NCBI GenBank assembly: GCA_042563375.1
Contig: JBHPMF010000002.1
Coordinates: forward strand, 75,842-139,841
DNA: 64,000 nt
Reading direction: 5' to 3'
From: Elusimicrobiota bacterium
Lineage (GTDB): Bacteria; Elusimicrobiota; Elusimicrobia; JACQPE01
In this document: positions 59,284-64,000 of the stretch, piece after piece
How positions within the stretch are numbered: the stretch's first letter is position 1
Layout of the letters: each line of letters opens with the position of its first letter
Program-made: the position numbers and the translations under genes
Notes under the pieces: model-generated
What the model saw: only the letters and a program-made list of their open reading frames with translations
Databases searched by the model: none
Told to the model about the DNA's origin: nothing

Positions 59284-60087
59284 TCAAATCAACCAAACCA
59301 GCCTGCCCACAGGCTCAACTAACGCAGCAGGATAAATCTTTCTTGCCTCTTCCCTGTTATTCAATATAAGTTCAACCACTTTCTTCTTGCTTTCACCAAA
59401 ACCCAAAAACGCAACGCACCTGGCGTTATTTATCACAGGAAGGGTCAAGGTTATGCGCTGCCTGACCGCCATGCTTCCGGGGGCGATGGAGGGCACAGTC
59501 CACCTGATCTTCTCATCAACAGCAGGATCCCCGGGAAATAAAGACGCTGTATGGCCATCTTCGCCCAAACCAAGCAGCATAAAATCGAATACAGGGAAAT
59601 ATTGCCCTTCCATTTTAAGCGACAGCGAAGGATCTCTTTTAGATTCTTGATCTTCATCGCGCGATGAAGCCCCCTCCGGATGACAAGATTTCCGGGCATT
59701 GGCAAGTATGAAAAACTTCCGCATATCCCTTTCATAAGACATCGCCGTCTTATCAACGAGCCCGATCTCAATGGGAACCCTGTGAATATTATCCGCAGGC
59801 AAAGCGATCCTGGATATCAGCAGCTCATTGATCATATGGAAATTGCTCTCAGGATTATCTATCGGGATGAACCTTTCATCTCCAATAAACAAATGGATCT
59901 TATACCACGGCATGGCAGGCATTTGCGCGAGCATCTCGTAAAGCAATTTCGGGGTTCTTCCGCCGCAAAGAGCAGCTGTAAAAAACCCTTGCTCCTCAAT
60001 GCAGTTTTTCGCCTGCTCGGAAAACAACCCGGCAGCTTCCCTGCTCAATTCCTCAAGATTTTTAAAAGAATAAATCTCTTGTTTCAT
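59284..60087 (-). CDS. pgl: 6-phosphogluconolactonase (DevB type), with a repeat-derived internal insert
   Basis: 267 aa. CGGRTP, LLGLGEDGHTASLFPG. A ~30-aa insert (ARKSCHPEGASSRDEDQESKRDPSLSLK) precedes the LGxGxDGH motif. Confidence 0.85.
   Translation of the reverse strand: MKQEIYSFKNLEELSREAAGLFSEQAKNCIEEQGFFTAALCGGRTPKLLYEMLAQMPAMPWYKIHLFIGDERFIPIDNPESNFHMINELLISRIALPADNIHRVPIEIGLVDKTAMSYERDMRKFFILANARKSCHPEGASSRDEDQESKRDPSLSLKMEGQYFPVFDFMLLGLGEDGHTASLFPGDPAVDEKIRWTVPSIAPGSMAVRQRITLTLPVINNARCVAFLGFGESKKKVVELILNNREEARKIYPAALVEPVGRLVWLI
59619..59687. repeat. Degenerate TGTCAT-head (family B/D-like) element in frame inside pgl, with an 18-bp perfect palindrome core
   Basis: Minus strand reads cTTGTCATCCGGAGGGGG CTTCATCGCGCGATGAAG ...GAGATCCTTCGCTGTCGC. 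Palindrome CTTCATCGCGCGATGAAG at 59652-59669. About 69 bp (23 codons). Confidence 0.5.
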
Positions 60088-60139
60088 CTGCCCTTTATTT
60101 TTTACCCTGTATGCTGTCTACTGTATGCAGTATGCTTAT

Positions 60140-61699
60140 TCAAATCCACTTTCTCCCATCCCCCTCAATCAACCTATCCGCTGCCTTTGGCCCCCAGCTC
60201 CCTGACGGATACACATGCAGCGGACACCCAGGTCTTGCATCATGGATCTTTTTTAGGACCGGAGTTAAAAGCGACCACGTAGCCTCAGCCCCATCTCTTC
60301 TGATAAACAATGTCTGGTCCCCTATCATAACGTCGAGGATCAGTCTCTCATATGCTTCTGGCATCTCAACGCCAAACAGATCCTTGTATTTAAATTCCAT
60401 TAAAAGTGAACTCATGCATAACTTTAAGCCCGGGCTTTTAGCCTGGATCTTCAATGATATCCCCTCATCAGGCTGAACATTAAAAGTGAGCACGTTGAAA
60501 GGCGCGCCTGCGCCGGGAAACGTCTTGAACATTGAATACGGGACTTTCTTGAACACGATCGTTATTGTGCTTGTTTTCTTGGGTAATCTTTTGCCTGACC
60601 TTAAATAAAAAGGAACTCCTTTCCAGCGTTTATTATCAATAAGCATCTTAAAAGCAGCAAAAGTCTCGATCTGAGACTTTTGCGATACGCCGGGCTCATC
60701 CCTGTAAGCCCTCACGCGCTTTGCGCTTACTATGCCGTTTCCATACTGCCCTCTTGCCATGCTTTTACTTAAGTGTCCCGAGGAAAAAGGCCTGATACCT
60801 TTAAAAAGCCTGACCTTGGAATCGCGCACATGATCAGCGCTAAATGATCTCGGAGGCTCCATGGCTGTCAAAGCAAGCATCTGGAACATATGATTCTGAA
60901 ACATGTCTCTGATAAGTCCTGTGTTCTCAAAATATCCCGCCCTATGCTCAACCCCAAGGGATTCAGCAACAGTTATCTGCACGTGATCGATGTGATCCCT
61001 GTTCCAAATAGGTTCAAATACTGAATTAGCAAACCTGAACACAAGGATATTCTGCACTGTGTCTTTTCCCAGGTAATGATCGATCCTGTATATCTGGTCC
61101 TCTGAAAACGCCCTGCGTAAAACAGAGTTAAGCTCTGTTGCGCTTTTTAAGTCCCTGCCAAAAGGCTTCTCGATTATGACGCGGGACCAGCATGATTTAG
61201 ATCTGCGATCTTTAGCCAATCCTGATGCATTAAGCTGCTTTGCTATATTGGAATATAGTCGCGGAGGAGTCGCCAAATAAAAAAGCCTGTTGCCCTTGCT
61301 TTGATATATTTTCTCAAGGCTTTTGAGCTTTTTTGATATTTGTGAATACAGATCATGGCCGTTATAATCACCGTACACATAAAAACATATATTGCAAAAA
61401 GCCCGGATCTTGGGATCAGGAGCGTTTTTGACCCCTGATCTAATAGATGCATAGACTTTTTCCCTGAACTCTTGCTCATCATACCCGGTTCTGGCGCATC
61501 CAAGCACAAAAAAACCTTTTTGACCCCCGCCCTTGAGGAACAGATTGAATACTGACGGCAGAAGTTTTCTTGAGGTAAGATCGCCTGAAGCCCCGAAAAT
61601 GATCAAAGAACAAGGCGGCTGTTTTACATCAGCACAAAAATCCCCCTGCACTTCTAAATGCGGCCTTGCAATAAAAGGAGTTATGTTTTGATTCGACAT
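60140..61699 (-). CDS. zwf: Glucose-6-phosphate 1-dehydrogenase
   Basis: 519 aa. IFGASGDLTSRKL, EKPFG, RIDHYLGKD. Confidence 0.95.
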   Translation of the reverse strand: MSNQNITPFIARPHLEVQGDFCADVKQPPCSLIIFGASGDLTSRKLLPSVFNLFLKGGGQKGFFVLGCARTGYDEQEFREKVYASIRSGVKNAPDPKIRAFCNICFYVYGDYNGHDLYSQISKKLKSLEKIYQSKGNRLFYLATPPRLYSNIAKQLNASGLAKDRRSKSCWSRVIIEKPFGRDLKSATELNSVLRRAFSEDQIYRIDHYLGKDTVQNILVFRFANSVFEPIWNRDHIDHVQITVAESLGVEHRAGYFENTGLIRDMFQNHMFQMLALTAMEPPRSFSADHVRDSKVRLFKGIRPFSSGHLSKSMARGQYGNGIVSAKRVRAYRDEPGVSQKSQIETFAAFKMLIDNKRWKGVPFYLRSGKRLPKKTSTITIVFKKVPYSMFKTFPGAGAPFNVLTFNVQPDEGISLKIQAKSPGLKLCMSSLLMEFKYKDLFGVEMPEAYERLILDVMIGDQTLFIRRDGAEATWSLLTPVLKKIHDARPGCPLHVYPSGSWGPKAADRLIEGDGRKWI

Positions 61700-61712
61700 G
61701 AATTACTAAGTT

Positions 61713-61780
61713 CTGCCATCCCCGCGAAGGCATGCTTCCATAATCATGGAGATGCTTGTGCCCGCAGGGTGCGGGGATCC
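61713..61780. repeat. Family D-type repeat (CTGCCATCCCCGCGAAGGC...GCGGGGATCC)
   Basis: ctgccatccccgcgaaggcatgcttccataatcatggagatgcttgtgcccgcagggtgcggggatcc, between gnd and zwf. Confidence 0.65.
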
Positions 61781-61944
61781 GGCCCCGCTATTTTATAAAG
61801 CTTCCCCTCGCCCCTCATTCCATCTCTCCGTCACTCTTCCCTGAATACTCCCTACCGCCTACTGTATGCCTGCTTTTTTCTTGCTTATTTTCTTTTATCG
61901 CCTTTTTCGCCTTTTTCGCGTTTATCGCCTTCTTCTAATTCCCA

Positions 61945-62844
61945 TTATCTCCTGATCCCATGTCCCCCAAACTGCTTCCTCAAAGCAGCAATAACCCTGT
62001 CTGAGAATGTATTTTCTTTTCTTGAGCGAAAACGTTTAAATAACGCATGAGCCATGGCCGTGGCAGGAACACCGGATTCAATGGCTTGCAGGACGCTCCA
62101 TCTGCCTTCCCCTGAATCCTCCACATACCCCTTAATGTTTGAGAGGTCTTTGTCTTCCCTGAACGCTCTTTCCAGAAGCTCAAGCAGCCATGATTTTACA
62201 ACGCTTCCCTGGTTCCAAAGGTGCGATACTTTCTCCATATCCAGATACTTGTTGTATGGGGATGCTTTAAGAAGTTCAAAACCCTCACCATAGGCCTCAA
62301 GCATCGCGTATTCCACTCCATTGTGTATCATCTTCACGAAATGCCCTGCTCCTATTGGGCCGCAATGCAGATAACCATCCTTTGGAGCAAGTGTTTTAAG
62401 TATAGGCTCTATTGTTTTAAAATCAGCTTTTTCACCCCCGGTCATTATGCAGAACCCCTGCTTTAAGCCCCATACACCTCCTGAAACACCTGCATCTACA
62501 TAACGGATATTTCTTCTCTTTAAGTCCTCTATTCGCTTTAGATCATCTTTGTAATAACTATTGCCGCCTTCAACGATGATGTCATTACGGGAAAGCATGC
62601 TAGCCAATGCCTTTATTGTATTATCCACTGCCTGGCCGGCAGGAAGCATGACCCATACCACCCTGGGTTTTTCAAGCTTCTTGATCAAAACAGCAAGGCT
62701 TGATGCTCCAATAGCCCCTTCTCTTTCTATCAGCTTCACCTTTTCAGGAGACCTATTATACGCCACAACCTTATGCCCGCCCAACAAAAGCCTGCGAGCA
62801 ATATTGATCCCCATCCTTCCCAAACCAATGATTCCTACTTGCAT
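61945..62844 (-). CDS. gnd: 6-phosphogluconate dehydrogenase, decarboxylating, short (~300 aa) type
   Basis: ORF track starts at a TTG at 62859. ATG 62844 is preceded by GGAGGTG at 5-nt spacing. MQVGIIGLGRMGINIARRL. Confidence 0.85.
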   Translation of the reverse strand: MQVGIIGLGRMGINIARRLLLGGHKVVAYNRSPEKVKLIEREGAIGASSLAVLIKKLEKPRVVWVMLPAGQAVDNTIKALASMLSRNDIIVEGGNSYYKDDLKRIEDLKRRNIRYVDAGVSGGVWGLKQGFCIMTGGEKADFKTIEPILKTLAPKDGYLHCGPIGAGHFVKMIHNGVEYAMLEAYGEGFELLKASPYNKYLDMEKVSHLWNQGSVVKSWLLELLERAFREDKDLSNIKGYVEDSGEGRWSVLQAIESGVPATAMAHALFKRFRSRKENTFSDRVIAALRKQFGGHGIRR

Positions 62845-62926
62845 AAATCCACCTCCCAAACAGCTAACTTCAAATCTTTATTGTTTTCACACCTGACTAG
62901 TTTATAAAAAGGCGGAAACCTCTCCC

Positions 62927-63075
62927 CTGTCATCCCGAACACCAACTCTGTCATCCCAAACTCCCCTCTGTCATCCTGAACCCCCCTCTGTCATCCTGAA
63001 CTTGATTCCTGCTTCGATATTCATTGAGGTGCTGGTCCCCGCAGTGAAACGGAGGGGGCAGGATCTCAATAAGCT
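62927..63075. repeat. Four tandem CTGTCATCC heads (20-21-bp period) followed by an expanded Family B hairpin
   Basis: CTGTCATCC occurs at 62927, 62948, 62968 and 62988. The last copy continues GTCATCCTGAACTTGATTCCTGC...(insert)...GCAGGATCTCAATAAG, ending at ~63075. Confidence 0.8.
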
Positions 63076-63486
63076 CTTCTTCCTTATCTCTTGACCTCGC
63101 CACCACCTCCTAAAATAACCATTCTCTGGAGGGAGCCTGTTGAGATTTGGGTGTCCCACCGGTAAAATGAAGGTATGCTTGTCATAAAAAACACAACAGC
63201 ATATTAAAGGGATAGGACACATTCAACGATTTGTTCAGCTAACTGAGCAAATCGTCAAAAAGAAAAATCGATGAAACCGGGATCCGCCTCGCTTTCATTA
63301 GATCTGAAAGATTCAGGAGAGACAAAGAAATGAAAAAAACAGCAAAGAATGCGAAGCGGCTATACCTAAGCAATTTGCTTTCCCTCCAAAATAAATAGCA
63401 ATGTCTGGCGCGAAGCTGCGCAGACACCAGTATATCTTAAACCAATACAGTGTCAAACTCGAATCTACTTTGAGTTAGTTTTGCGC

Positions 63487-64000
63487 TTATTCTTCCAATG
63501 GCGGGCAAGGGAAATAAGACCAGACATCATCGATCTCAACGGGAAATAGCGACGGACACATGCTTTTATAAAAATTCGCTCCAGCAAGACCGGAGTCCAC
63601 CCGTTGTTCAGAGTTGGAATTCTCGCACATCTCATTAAGCAGCTCGTCAACAATGCTTGCGCCCTTGGCCATAAACGCGCCAAAAACATCAGCGAATGCC
63701 GCCGCTCCAAAGAAATGGTACCAACAGCTTGTATTTCCCACATCGCAGATCCTCTCGAATCTGCGCGTAAAAGGTGTGAAATCGCTGGGACTATCATTGG
63801 CGCTGATCCCCCTGGAACGCTTATAATTGGTCCCCATAAGTCTGCCAAAAAGTTTCATCACATTATGGCTGACATGAAAAGCAGCGCTTACGTTGCCTTC
63901 TGTAATATCAACCGCTTCTGCGAAAAAATCCACCGGATTGATCTTCTCTTCACCGTCAGGATCGAATTCATCATAAATCCACATCAACAAGTCGTACTGC
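63487..64000 (-). CDS. Partial hypothetical protein (C-terminal part; the frame stays open to the window end)
   Basis: ORF track gives 63487..63990, but the frame continues (..QYDLLMWIYDEF) to position 64000. No recognisable motif. Confidence 0.4.
   Translation of the reverse strand, partial: QYDLLMWIYDEFDPDGEEKINPVDFFAEAVDITEGNVSAAFHVSHNVMKLFGRLMGTNYKRSRGISANDSPSDFTPFTRRFERICDVGNTSCWYHFFGAAAFADVFGAFMAKGASIVDELLNEMCENSNSEQRVDSGLAGANFYKSMCPSLFPVEIDDVWSYFPCPPLEE

Noticed and set aside
59680-60476. Plus-strand ORFs of 200 aa and 121 aa
   Set aside because: They are antisense to pgl and zwf, both of which have unambiguous motifs.
62927-63004. Possible CRISPR array
   Set aside because: The period is only 20-21 bp with ~11-bp spacers. 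There are no cas genes, and the repeat unit is the head of the family B/C/D hairpins.

Overview
64-kb window from what looks like an uncultivated anaerobic bacterium. I saw no rRNA, CRISPR array, transposase or integrase. All calls rest on reading the ORF translations and the DNA by eye; no database search was possible.

Content from left to right:
1. An Hmc-type transmembrane redox complex with permuted gene order. It is headed by a Trp-rich repeat protein and ends in a 16-heme cytochrome c.
2. A Cys-motif PAS histidine kinase with three stand-alone receiver proteins.
3. A MerR-type, Cys-rich regulator followed by a second cytochrome-b / HdrD(DsrK)-like pair.
4. A class-II Fic gene bracketed by 39-bp direct repeats.
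5. sat-aprB-aprA (dissimilatory APS pathway) with no adjacent qmoABC.
6. hypF-hypC-hypD-[radical SAM]-hypE.
7. hemA-hemC-hemL and moeA-moaA-MOSC.
8. A co-directional cluster of unknown product: an RlmN-like radical SAM fused to a degenerate isochorismatase-like domain, then an aldehyde dehydrogenase, EEP phosphoesterase, SDR, small membrane protein and pyruvyl-transferase-like protein.
9. nfu, tRNA-Leu(CAA) and two AT-rich hypothetical genes.
10. acd and hbd separated by a RelE-type toxin-antitoxin pair, then arfB, pruA, housekeeping genes and a gnd-zwf-pgl operon.

Most unusual observations:
- Almost every intergenic gap is filled by several families of short hairpin repeats.
- Copies of those repeats sit in frame inside hmcA, hypF (three times), the 3' end of hypD, and pgl.
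- A radical SAM gene is translationally wedged between hypD and hypE.
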